Origin: Polyangiaceae bacterium
GTDB taxonomy: Bacteria; Myxococcota_A; Polyangia; Polyangiales; Polyangiaceae
Direction of reading: 5' to 3'
DNA length: 64,000 nucleotides
Assembly: GCA_033763455.1 (NCBI GenBank)
Contig: JANRKO010000006.1
Coordinates: 608,001-672,000, forward strand
The notes beneath the pieces are model-generated. The model was not told the DNA's origin. It was given only the letters and a program-made list of their open reading frames with translations, and did no database searches. Of this stretch, positions 20,812 through 29,778 are shown piece after piece (within the stretch, counting starts at the first letter, position 1; the number at the start of each line of letters is the position of its first letter). The position numbers and the translations under genes are program-made.

Positions 20812-22182
20812 TTACGTGCCGTGGGCAGGGGCGGGCGTTTCGGCTGATGGGGTGGCAACCCGCCTGGGGGGTGGAGGCATGGTGTTAGCTGGCCGCGCCT
20901 TCAGGCATTCTTCAATCTTCGCGGTGATAGCCGGTGGTGCCCCGGGAGGCAAAGTGGGCTTGCCGAGCACGTTATTGAAGATGCGTTGGGGCGTCAAAGA
21001 CCCGTCGAAACCGAAGGCCAACCAGACGAACATCGAGCGGCCCTTGATGTTGGCGTACGGCACCCCTCCGCCGCGACCACCGTTCCAGGCGCGAGAGTCG
21101 CTACTGTTGTTGCGATTATCACCCAGCACCCAGACTTCGCCTGGAGCTACGTGATATGGCCCTTGCCGCCCCTCGAAACGCCCTTCTTCTAAGACAGTGA
21201 GGTAAGAGTATTGGCCAAGGTGCTCCATGTAGAGCTCACCTCGCTCAGTGTTGGCCGAACCCGCATGGAATTCATAGGTGCCGATGTGGCAGTTGGGGAC
21301 AGGCCAACCGTTGATAATCGGGTGGCCACCCTCAACCTCCAGCACGTCGCCCTCGGTGGCGATCACGCGCTTGATAAAATCCTGGCGTTCCGCCACCGGA
21401 TCAGGATCGGGATACTCAAACACCATAACATCCCCGCGGGCGGGCGGCATTGAGCTCAAGAACCTGGTTTTTGTGAAGGGGATGCTCGGACCGTAAGCCA
21501 GCTTGTTGACGAAGATGTGGTCCTGGATTTGAAGCGTGGGGAGCATTGACCCGCTCGGGATCTTGAATGCTTCCACCACGAAGGCTCGTAACAACAGCGC
21601 GACGCCAATCGCCACGGCAATCGACTCTCCGTATTCACGCAATTCGGACTTTTGCCAGCGCGCCAGGTGCTCATCCATCAGGTGTGCAACTTCGGCGTGG
21701 GCAGCCGCGAAACGTTCGGCATCGAACGGCGTGCCTTCGATGGCCGCCTTCAATGCATCGAGGCCCTCTCGGATGTCTTGCCGAACGGGGGCCGTGAGCT
21801 CCCGCTGGATGCGGTTAGGATTGCGCTGGAGGATCCGCTCGGCATCCTCCAAGAGGTGAACGGCATTTTCAAACGGTCGCCGTAGCTCTCGGGGTACGTC
21901 GTTCCTTCCCGCCACTGTCAAATCACCTGCGAAGGGAAGTGAGTGGCGGTAGTGGTAGAGCACCATCTCGAAAATCGTAAAAAACACGATCGCTGCCGGC
22001 ACCCGCTGGTCCTGCACGAACCACTGCAGTTGCCCCAGCAGCGTGGGGGCATGTTCTTCACCGCCAGCGATCAGGCGCACGCTGAGGAAGGCTAGCCCGA
22101 TTGGCACGACCACGAACCACAGGGGCCAAAACAAGTAGCGCTGGACAGGGTTCGGGGTGGCGTTGGGAGCTGAGGTTGTCAA
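20812..22182 (-). CDS. lepB: signal peptidase I with long N-terminal extension
   Basis: EAFKIPSGSMLPTL (Ser), FIKRV (Lys), GDNRNNSSDSR. Confidence 0.95.
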   Translation of the reverse strand: MTTSAPNATPNPVQRYLFWPLWFVVVPIGLAFLSVRLIAGGEEHAPTLLGQLQWFVQDQRVPAAIVFFTIFEMVLYHYRHSLPFAGDLTVAGRNDVPRELRRPFENAVHLLEDAERILQRNPNRIQRELTAPVRQDIREGLDALKAAIEGTPFDAERFAAAHAEVAHLMDEHLARWQKSELREYGESIAVAIGVALLLRAFVVEAFKIPSGSMLPTLQIQDHIFVNKLAYGPSIPFTKTRFLSSMPPARGDVMVFEYPDPDPVAERQDFIKRVIATEGDVLEVEGGHPIINGWPVPNCHIGTYEFHAGSANTERGELYMEHLGQYSYLTVLEEGRFEGRQGPYHVAPGEVWVLGDNRNNSSDSRAWNGGRGGGVPYANIKGRSMFVWLAFGFDGSLTPQRIFNNVLGKPTLPPGAPPAITAKIEECLKARPANTMPPPPRRVATPSAETPAPAHGT

Positions 22183-22225
22183 AATGCTGTGATTCCTTAC
22201 TCGCGGCCTCGATCCGAGGCAACGC

Positions 22226-23320
22226 CTAAGGCGCTTCGCCTACCTGTACCAAGTAATCGACCCTTGCAGCGGTCGGTGATGTCACGCTGCGACCTATGCT
22301 CGGGCTGTGGTCGAGGACGAGGTAGTACTCGCCGGGCGGGGCCGGAATGAAGCGCTTTACAGGAGTTCCCGCGGTGAGGATCTCGTCCATTAAGGGGGGA
22401 GCTGTGAGGGCCGCGGGGGTACTCCCCCGAACGTATTGCTCCACCATCAGGTCCCCGAGACCCCTCGGAACCAAGAACGCATCCACGGCCGGCGCACCAT
22501 CAATAGAGAAGGTGAAAAACAGGGCTTGATCCTTCTCGCGCACCACGAACCCCGAGATGAAGTCTTGCTGATTGGGTTGGAGCTCGGTGCGGTCATTGGC
22601 AAGTTCGGTATGGTCGGACTCTGTCACCGTGAAAGGGCGAAACGGGCGTTGCCCAGGTGCGATCAGACCGAGGCCGAAGTCCGTCTCTCCCTCATTGTTG
22701 TAGCGGATAACGGTGAAGCCTTGGCTAAGCTGTGCTTCAACAATTTGTTTGCCGGTTTCGTTGGGATTGACGCCGGTAAGCGCGATGCCCGCTTGGGCCA
22801 ACTGTGACTCGACGGCAAGCGTTTCAAATTGGGTTGCGGTGATGTTGCGTGGTCTGAAGTAGACGTAGAGCGCACCGTCGTGGAGGCGAAAATCGGGTGC
22901 AAACTCGACAAGCCCACGGGTTCTAAACCCAATGCGTCCGGTGACGTTCGTCCAACCGTAGCCCTTGCCCGAGTATTGCAATACGAAAGACTTTCGGTTC
23001 TCGTCGTCGATGATTTGGCTGTCGCAGGTCTCCGCAAAAAATCGCCCAGCGACGGGCTCCTGATTGCTCATTCTGAGCGGGGCTCCCCGTTCGCGCATCT
23101 CTTCGCAGAAGCGTTCAAGGCCAAATGTCAGGATGTCAAAACGGAGCGACTTGTTCTGTGGATTGTTGACGACACCAGCGCCGAGCACAGTGAGGGAAGA
23201 GCGGCCCACCGCTTCACGCGAAGCACACCCTGTCAGCAAAGCGAGAACAAACAGAGAGGGAAGCACCCCGAGCGCGCGCGCCTTGTCCGAGAGAAATCGA
23301 AAGCAACACATGTTTTGCAC
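22226..23320 (-). CDS. hypothetical lipoprotein
   Basis: Lipobox LTGC after a hydrophobic stretch; long ORF of plausible composition; start uncertain. Confidence 0.7.
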   Translation of the reverse strand: MQNMCCFRFLSDKARALGVLPSLFVLALLTGCASREAVGRSSLTVLGAGVVNNPQNKSLRFDILTFGLERFCEEMRERGAPLRMSNQEPVAGRFFAETCDSQIIDDENRKSFVLQYSGKGYGWTNVTGRIGFRTRGLVEFAPDFRLHDGALYVYFRPRNITATQFETLAVESQLAQAGIALTGVNPNETGKQIVEAQLSQGFTVIRYNNEGETDFGLGLIAPGQRPFRPFTVTESDHTELANDRTELQPNQQDFISGFVVREKDQALFFTFSIDGAPAVDAFLVPRGLGDLMVEQYVRGSTPAALTAPPLMDEILTAGTPVKRFIPAPPGEYYLVLDHSPSIGRSVTSPTAARVDYLVQVGEAP

Positions 23321-23421
23321 GATACACGACCTTGTGGGTCCCGAAAGTCCTGGTCCGCAACATTCGGCTCAAGAGCCCGGTCACCGATCTGCATTGACCC
23401 GCGCTCCGTGCTCGCTTCACG

Positions 23422-24438
23422 ATGTCGATCGCTATGAGCCACACCGCTATTCTCGGGGCAGGGGCCTGGGGTACCGCCTTGAGCCTTGTCCTTAGCGGGA
23501 GGGGCGAGTCCGTGCGGCTTTGGACCCACGATGAGTTCCACGCGGAGGAGCTTCGACGGGAACGCGAGAACGTTTCCTTCTTTGCAGGCTTTCGTTTGCC
23601 GGATGCCGTACAGCCTACGTCAGAGCTAGCAGCCGCCGTGGAAGGCGCAACGCTGGTCATCATCGTGGTGCCAACCCATGCTTATCGGGAAACGCTGCGT
23701 GCCATGCGGCCCTCGCTAGCGGACGCTGCCACGTTGGTCACGGCGACCAAAGGCATTGAACCTGAAACGCTGATGCTGTTAAGCGAGGTGGTAGAAGATC
23801 AGCTGGGTTCGGAGGTCGCGCGGCGGAGCGTTACTCTTTCGGGCCCGAGCTTTGCCAAGGAGGTCGCGCTCGGGATGCCGACGAATGTTGTCGCCGCAGG
23901 CATAGATGCCGGCGTTGTGGGGGCTGCCCAGACACGCATGGCCACTGAACGTTTTCGGATTTACGCGAGCGACGATCCCGTGGGCGTGCAGGTGGGAGGT
24001 GCGCTCAAGAACGTGATCGCAATTGCGGCGGGAGCCTGTGAAGGCCTCGGCTTTGGGCACAATACCCGCGCGGCGTTGATCACGCGAGGGCTGGCCGAAA
24101 TGTCACGCTTGGCCGTGGCGAAGGGGGGCAATGTGCTGTCGCTGGCCGGGCTTGCAGGCCTTGGGGATTTGGTGCTCACGTGTACCGGGGAGCTTTCCAG
24201 GAACCGCACCGTGGGGTTCGAGGTCGGGAGGGGGCGGCCCTTGGGTGAGGTACTTTCAGGCCTGGGTCACGTTGCGGAAGGCGTGGATACGGCAAGGAGT
24301 GCTTACCTATTGGCCGAACGCCTCGCGGTGGAATTGCCGATTTCAAGCGAGGTATACCGCGTGCTGTTCGAGGGTAAGAGCGCAAGCGACGCAGTGCGCG
24401 ACGTTATAAAACGACCGCTTCGGCGCGAATGGCCCTAA
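23422..24438 (+). CDS. gpsA: NAD(P)H-dependent glycerol-3-phosphate dehydrogenase
   Basis: GAGAWGTAL, TKGIE, SGPSFAKEV, GALKNVIAIAAG, GLGDLVLTC, SRN, AEGV. Confidence 0.97.
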   Translation: MSIAMSHTAILGAGAWGTALSLVLSGRGESVRLWTHDEFHAEELRRERENVSFFAGFRLPDAVQPTSELAAAVEGATLVIIVVPTHAYRETLRAMRPSLADAATLVTATKGIEPETLMLLSEVVEDQLGSEVARRSVTLSGPSFAKEVALGMPTNVVAAGIDAGVVGAAQTRMATERFRIYASDDPVGVQVGGALKNVIAIAAGACEGLGFGHNTRAALITRGLAEMSRLAVAKGGNVLSLAGLAGLGDLVLTCTGELSRNRTVGFEVGRGRPLGEVLSGLGHVAEGVDTARSAYLLAERLAVELPISSEVYRVLFEGKSASDAVRDVIKRPLRREWP

Positions 24439-24486
24439 GTGAGGCCTTGGTGTTGTACGCAAGTTTGCTAAGGTCAGGGCCGTTCA

Positions 24487-26316
24487 ATGGCAACCCTTCG
24501 CTACTATCCCTCTGAAGATGCCCCAGCACTTTTTGCCTTGACCAAGCCCGTCACAACGGTGGGCCGAGCGTTGGACAACGATGTTCGGATTGAGGACCCG
24601 ACCGTAGCTGATCAGCACGCGCAAATCGTGTTCAACGGTCGGGATTTCCAATTGGAGGAAATCGACAAGGAAGCGGACATCTCCGTTAACGACAAGAAGA
24701 AGCGACGCATACGCTTGGCTCACGGAGATAGGATCAAGCTCGGTCGAGCAGCCCTTGGCTTCTCCATGTATTCCGAAGTGGTAGACACCGGGGCTCAAAC
24801 CGGGAGCAATCAAGAGGGCAACCAATTAGCAGGGCTCCGTCGCCTCAACAGCTTCAGCGAACGTTTGATGCAGCAGGCAACTGTGGATGAGCTGCTAGCC
24901 GCCCTCCTGGATGATGTGATTGAGCTCACCGGTGCGGCGCGAGGTGTGGTGCTTCTGGTTGACCCAGACGAAAAGAGCACACAAGCGCGGGTGCGTGCGT
25001 CGCGCAACGTGGGGCGCGAGGTCATCGAGGACCCTTCGGGGCAAATCAGCGACAGCATCGTGCAGCAAGTCATCGAGAGTAAGCGCCCTTTGATCGTGAG
25101 CGACGCGCTATCGGATACGACCTTCGGTAAGAGTGAAAGTGTGATGTCCCTCAAGCTTTCGAGCGTGATGTGTGCGCCTTTGCTGAGCCAGGGTGAGGTA
25201 ATCGGCGTCATTTACTTGGGCAATGATGAAATCAAACACCTATTTGACCGGCGGCAACTGGATGTGCTCACCATTTTCGCAGCCCAGGCTTCGCTCATTC
25301 TGCAGAATGCCATGCTGCTGAGCGCCCTCAAGGCCGATAAGCAGAAGTTGAGCGCGGAGCTTGCCGACAAGCGCTTCGGTGAGATCATCGGGTCGTGCCC
25401 TTCCATGTTGGAAGTGTTTCGAAAGCTTCAGAAGGTGGCCAGCACCGACATCAGTGTGCTCATCACGGGGGAAACGGGAACGGGCAAAGAGTTAATCGCC
25501 CGCGAGATCCACCGGCGCAGCCAGCGAGCAGCAGGGCCGTTTATCACGGTGAATTGCGGCGCCATCCCTGAAAATCTCATCGAAAGCGAGATGTTTGGGC
25601 ACGTGAAGGGCGCATTCACCGGAGCCATTGCCAGCCGCACGGGCAAGTTCCAGCAAGCTGACGGCGGTACGCTTTTTTTGGATGAGGTTGGCGAATTGCC
25701 ACTGCAGCTTCAGGTGAAGCTCCTCCGGGCCATTCAAGAGCGCGTGGTGGTCCGGGTGGGGGATAGCCGCCCAGAAAAGTGCGACATTCGCATTCTGGCC
25801 GCTACCCATCGCAACCTTGAGGAAATGATTCAGGCGGGTGGGTTTCGTGAGGACCTGTACTACCGGCTAAATGTTGTAAACTTGTGGTTGCCTCCCTTGC
25901 GCGATCGTGGGGACGATGTGCTGATCATTGCGAAGGCTTTGCTTAGTAAGTATGCCGACGAGTTGAACCGCCCCGTGAAAGGCTTCGCTCCGCAGGCGCT
26001 ACCGGCGATTCGCAAATATCCGTGGCCGGGAAACATCCGCCAGCTGGAAAATCGGATCAAGAAAGCTCTCGTATTGTGCGATCGCACGCTCCTCAATCCC
26101 GAAGATTTGGATCTCGGGCCCGAAGCGCAGGCGCCTATCGTGCCACTTGAAAAGGCAAAAGAGGATTTTCAGCGCAGTTATGTGTTGGATGTGCTTGAGC
26201 GCAATAACGGCAATCGCACGCAAACAGCGCGCGACCTCGGTGTCGACCCTCGGACGATTTTTCGCTACCTTGAGAAGGAAAGCACACCCTCCGGGCAGAA
26301 GCTCACGGAAGAATAG
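24487..26316 (+). CDS. sigma-54-dependent enhancer-binding protein (FHA-GAF-AAA+-HTH)
   Basis: FHA-like N-terminus (VGRALDND..HAQI), GAF, GETGTGKE, GAFTGA, LFLDEVGE, WPGNIRQL, Fis-type HTH. Confidence 0.95.
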   Translation: MATLRYYPSEDAPALFALTKPVTTVGRALDNDVRIEDPTVADQHAQIVFNGRDFQLEEIDKEADISVNDKKKRRIRLAHGDRIKLGRAALGFSMYSEVVDTGAQTGSNQEGNQLAGLRRLNSFSERLMQQATVDELLAALLDDVIELTGAARGVVLLVDPDEKSTQARVRASRNVGREVIEDPSGQISDSIVQQVIESKRPLIVSDALSDTTFGKSESVMSLKLSSVMCAPLLSQGEVIGVIYLGNDEIKHLFDRRQLDVLTIFAAQASLILQNAMLLSALKADKQKLSAELADKRFGEIIGSCPSMLEVFRKLQKVASTDISVLITGETGTGKELIAREIHRRSQRAAGPFITVNCGAIPENLIESEMFGHVKGAFTGAIASRTGKFQQADGGTLFLDEVGELPLQLQVKLLRAIQERVVVRVGDSRPEKCDIRILAATHRNLEEMIQAGGFREDLYYRLNVVNLWLPPLRDRGDDVLIIAKALLSKYADELNRPVKGFAPQALPAIRKYPWPGNIRQLENRIKKALVLCDRTLLNPEDLDLGPEAQAPIVPLEKAKEDFQRSYVLDVLERNNGNRTQTARDLGVDPRTIFRYLEKESTPSGQKLTEE

Positions 26317-26395
26317 CCATCGGGCTCTTGTGTTCTGTGGCTGGGGTGGGGGCAACTCGCGAAGCACGTCGCCGTGCAAACCGCACGCTCGGACT

Positions 26396-26441
26396 CTGGC
26401 TCGATAGTGCGACTCCCGATGAGATCCTGGCTCGATATTGC
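26396..26441. repeat. 15-bp direct repeat, 31-bp period
   Basis: CTGGCTCGATAGTGC (26396-26410) and CTGGCTCGATATTGC (26427-26441), intergenic upstream of the DUF1592 gene. Confidence 0.6.
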
Positions 26442-26598
26442 TGATCCTGTCGCAATTTAGGTAATCGTTGGCAGAATCTGGCTCTGGGCGAAGGTCCCCC
26501 CCCGGCTCTATGCTGTGGGGATAAATGGCGGCTGAGATCAGCGCTAACTGCCGCCCGGCAAGCGACTAACGCGACTGCGTTCGCGGAGGTAACTCATA

Positions 26599-28323
26599 AT
26601 GCTAACTTTAGGGATTGGTACGCGTATCGCAGCAGGCATAGGTCGCAGGCTTGGAATCGGCTGGGTTGCACTCGCCGTCGTGTCTTCAGCCTTGGGCTGC
26701 GCTGCTTCAGGCAAATCGCCGCCCAACCGCTCAATGGAGACCACCCCCGGGATGAACGGGACCACTCCCGGCACCACGTCGACCACCCCCGGAAGCGGCG
26801 TTCCTGGGCAGGTCGCAGTACCCGTCGCAACACTCGGCCCCACTATCATTCCTCGGCTTTCTCGCGTCGAATATGCGGCGAGCGTTCGAGCTCTGCTCAA
26901 CGTGGACATTTCGGCAGAGGCCACCCAATCGCTTCCTTTGGACGCTCGGACTCCTTTTGACAACGCAGCTGATGAGCAATCCCCATCGAGTGCACTCATT
27001 CAGGGGCTCGGCGTGGTGGCGGATGTCGCCGCGGACCGCGCCCTAGCCACTCCAGAGCTTCGCGCTGCCTTGATTGGTTGTGCGCCGAGCGGACCGGCGG
27101 ATGAAGCATGTTTTCGTCAGTTCATCCAGAAGTTTGGGCAGCGAGCTTTGCACCGTCCGCTGAGCGCGCAGGAGGTTACGGATTTTGTAAGCTTTCTGGC
27201 GACCGCCCAACATGCGAATGATTTCAACGTCGCCGTTGGCATGGTGATTCGAGCGATCCTGCAGGATCTTGAGTTTGTCTACCGCGTCGAGATCGGCTCT
27301 CCCACGGCCACAGATCCACTGCTCGTCGCTCTTACGGATTGGGAGCTCAGCGCTCGCCTTTCGTACCTCTTGTGGGGGCGCACTCCAGACGATACGTTGC
27401 TCAACAACGCCCAAGCGGGGATGTTGAGTACTCCGGAAGGCATGAAGGCAGAGGCTGCCCGCCTGTTGGGAACGCCCGAGGGCGTCAGCCGGATTCAGCG
27501 CTTTCACGCTATGTGGCTGGGCTATGATGAGTCGCAACATCCACCAGCGTTGGGCCAGGCGTTGCGCACCGAGACGGATGCGCTTGTTCAACGTGTCGTT
27601 TTTGAGAAGGATCTTTCTTGGCCAGAGCTGTTCAATTCGCCGGAAACTTACGTTGACCAGCAACTGAGCACGCTTTACGGGCTTCCGGCACCGAGCAGCG
27701 CTGGGTTCAACTGGACCACGTATACCGATCCGTTGCGGCGCGGCATTCTTTCCCAAGGGAGCCTCCTCGCGAACGGTAGCAAGAACGGAGATACGAGTCC
27801 GACTCTTCGTGGGAAGTTCATTCTTGAGCGACTTCTCTGTTCCCCGGTGCCGCCCCCGCCTCCAGGCGTTGACAATACGACACCTCCCGCCGCTCCAGGA
27901 AACAACTGTAAATCGGATCGCTATGCGGCCCATGCTCAGGGCAGTTGTGCGGGGTGCCACAGCCTGATGGATTCTGTGGGCTTCGGGTTGGAGAACTTCG
28001 ACGGCCAGGGGCGCTTTCGGGACCACGATCTCGACCGTCCCGAATGCCTGGTCAGTGGGAATGGGCAACTCGGAACTTCCGCCTTTCGTGGGCCGGCTGA
28101 GCTCGGTCAACTCATCATGCAGTCCGAGAAGGTGGTCCCTTGCCTGGCCCAGTTCGTTTATCAGTTCGCCGTGCAGAAGCAGGTGGGGCCAGCCGATGTC
28201 GCTGGTATTAGCGCCTTTCAAGCTCAGCTAACCGGGGCTCAAGTGTCGCTCAAGCGTGCGTTGCTCGAGTGGATCGGAACTGGCGCGTTTCGTTATCGAA
28301 GGATTCAGCCCTTCACCCTGTGA
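26599..28323 (+). CDS. DUF1592/DUF1588-family multi-domain protein with CxxCH
   Basis: RLSRVEY, ELSARLSYLLW..PD, RGILSQG, TSPTLRG, CAGCHSLMD.VGFGLENFD..GRFR. Confidence 0.9.
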   Translation: MLTLGIGTRIAAGIGRRLGIGWVALAVVSSALGCAASGKSPPNRSMETTPGMNGTTPGTTSTTPGSGVPGQVAVPVATLGPTIIPRLSRVEYAASVRALLNVDISAEATQSLPLDARTPFDNAADEQSPSSALIQGLGVVADVAADRALATPELRAALIGCAPSGPADEACFRQFIQKFGQRALHRPLSAQEVTDFVSFLATAQHANDFNVAVGMVIRAILQDLEFVYRVEIGSPTATDPLLVALTDWELSARLSYLLWGRTPDDTLLNNAQAGMLSTPEGMKAEAARLLGTPEGVSRIQRFHAMWLGYDESQHPPALGQALRTETDALVQRVVFEKDLSWPELFNSPETYVDQQLSTLYGLPAPSSAGFNWTTYTDPLRRGILSQGSLLANGSKNGDTSPTLRGKFILERLLCSPVPPPPPGVDNTTPPAAPGNNCKSDRYAAHAQGSCAGCHSLMDSVGFGLENFDGQGRFRDHDLDRPECLVSGNGQLGTSAFRGPAELGQLIMQSEKVVPCLAQFVYQFAVQKQVGPADVAGISAFQAQLTGAQVSLKRALLEWIGTGAFRYRRIQPFTL

Positions 28324-28332
28324 GGTTATGCT

Positions 28333-29748
28333 GTGAACAAGCCCTTGTTATCTCGTCGCTCGTTGCTCGTTGGTGCCGGCGGTGCCGTGGTTGGCTTGCC
28401 TTGGCTCGAAGCCATGGTGGGTCGCGGCGTTCACGCCCAGGCAGCCGTTATACCAAAGCGCTTTTTCCTGGCTTTCGGCGGCGTCACGTGCGGCCTTCCG
28501 CGTTTTTCGCAGCCTGACACGACTGGCCCAAACTACGATCTCAAGCGTACCCTGATGCCACTTACGGCTGTAAAGGATGAGGTTACGCTCGTTTCGGGTC
28601 TGCGGTTGCCAGCCAATGGCCCAGGCAGTTGGGGTGGTGGCGGGACTTTTCACAACAGCACGAACAGCCCGATCCTCTGCGGCCTGTCAAACCCCGACAA
28701 CGGCAATGCCACGATGGAGGACGTTACCTCTGATCAGGTCGTGGCTGATGCCATCGCGGGCGACACTCGGTTTCGTTCACTCGAGTATCGCGTACAGCTT
28801 AGGAATTATCGCGAGAGCGCACGTGCTGGCACCATCTCAGCCCGTAGGAGTCAAGGCGGCTCGCTTCAGTTGAATCCACCGCAGGCAAGCCCTCAGCTCG
28901 CTTACGACGCCCTCTTCACGGGATTCACTCCACCAGGTGGGGGAAGCACTCCCGCGGCGGATCCCGCTGCTGCGGCAAAGTTGCTTCGTGACCGCAGTGT
29001 TTTGGATCGCGTCTCAGTGCGTGCACAGGCGCTAATTGGCCGCTTGGGTGCGGACGATAGGAAGCGGATGGAACGGCACTACGAGGAGATCCGCGCTCTC
29101 GAGATGCGCCTGGGGAGCGTTTTTCAGGGGTCAGCACTCAGCTGCGCTGCGCTTCCGCGCCCACCGGCTGATCCGGCAACATCCGAAGCTTACTACGGGG
29201 ATCGCATTGTTGGCTATTCGGACGAAAGAGCGCGTGGTCCGATTTTTAGCAGCCTGATGCATATGGCCTTCACCTGCGATCTCACGCGGGTGGGTACCAA
29301 TCTCATTACGTATGCGCAGTGTTGCATGAACTCGCAGCCCTTGCTCAACTTGGATGAGGTCGCGGATTTGCACGAGTTGAGCCATGGCGCGGGTACTCCC
29401 GAAAATACCGCCGATTGTGCGGCCTGGCACGTTCAGCAGTTCGCCGATCTCGTGACCCTGCTCAAGAACACCCCGGAAGGTGGCGGAACGGTCCTCGACA
29501 ACTGCGCCATGGTGCTGTTGTTTGAGGCGGGCAGCGAAGATGACGGCAACGTTGGGAACCCGCATACAGGGGAAAACATGTGGGCTCTAGTTGCCGGCGG
29601 AGCTGGCGGGCTCAAACGTGGTCACCACATAGCTGCGGCCAATCAGCCCCACCCGTGCAACGTACTCATTAGCTTGATGCAGGCTGTTGGCCTGCAGACG
29701 AACACTCACGGAGAAATCTCTGGGCGCGTCGCGGAAATGTTCGTGTAA
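28333..29748 (+). CDS. DUF1552 family protein (Tat signal)
   Basis: SRRSLLVGAGGAVVGLPWLEAM, TSDQVVA, SVLD, AFTCDLTRV, HELSH, G.TVLDN; usual partner of DUF1592 proteins. Confidence 0.9.
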   Translation: MNKPLLSRRSLLVGAGGAVVGLPWLEAMVGRGVHAQAAVIPKRFFLAFGGVTCGLPRFSQPDTTGPNYDLKRTLMPLTAVKDEVTLVSGLRLPANGPGSWGGGGTFHNSTNSPILCGLSNPDNGNATMEDVTSDQVVADAIAGDTRFRSLEYRVQLRNYRESARAGTISARRSQGGSLQLNPPQASPQLAYDALFTGFTPPGGGSTPAADPAAAAKLLRDRSVLDRVSVRAQALIGRLGADDRKRMERHYEEIRALEMRLGSVFQGSALSCAALPRPPADPATSEAYYGDRIVGYSDERARGPIFSSLMHMAFTCDLTRVGTNLITYAQCCMNSQPLLNLDEVADLHELSHGAGTPENTADCAAWHVQQFADLVTLLKNTPEGGGTVLDNCAMVLLFEAGSEDDGNVGNPHTGENMWALVAGGAGGLKRGHHIAAANQPHPCNVLISLMQAVGLQTNTHGEISGRVAEMFV

Positions 29749-29778
29749 GCAGACATGGGCTCGCGACGTTTCTCAGTT

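Noticed and set aside
20572..20847. 91-aa ORF between the xylA unit and lepB
   Set aside because: No RBS or recognisable motif and it overlaps the lepB end; cannot be supported, though a small gene is not excluded
26396..26484. Sigma-54 -24/-12 promoters
   Set aside because: GG and GC are separated by 9 nt in each candidate, not the required 10; kept only as a direct repeat
27043..28221. 392-aa minus-strand ORF
   Set aside because: Antisense shadow of the DUF1592 gene, expected in GC-rich DNA; no motifs
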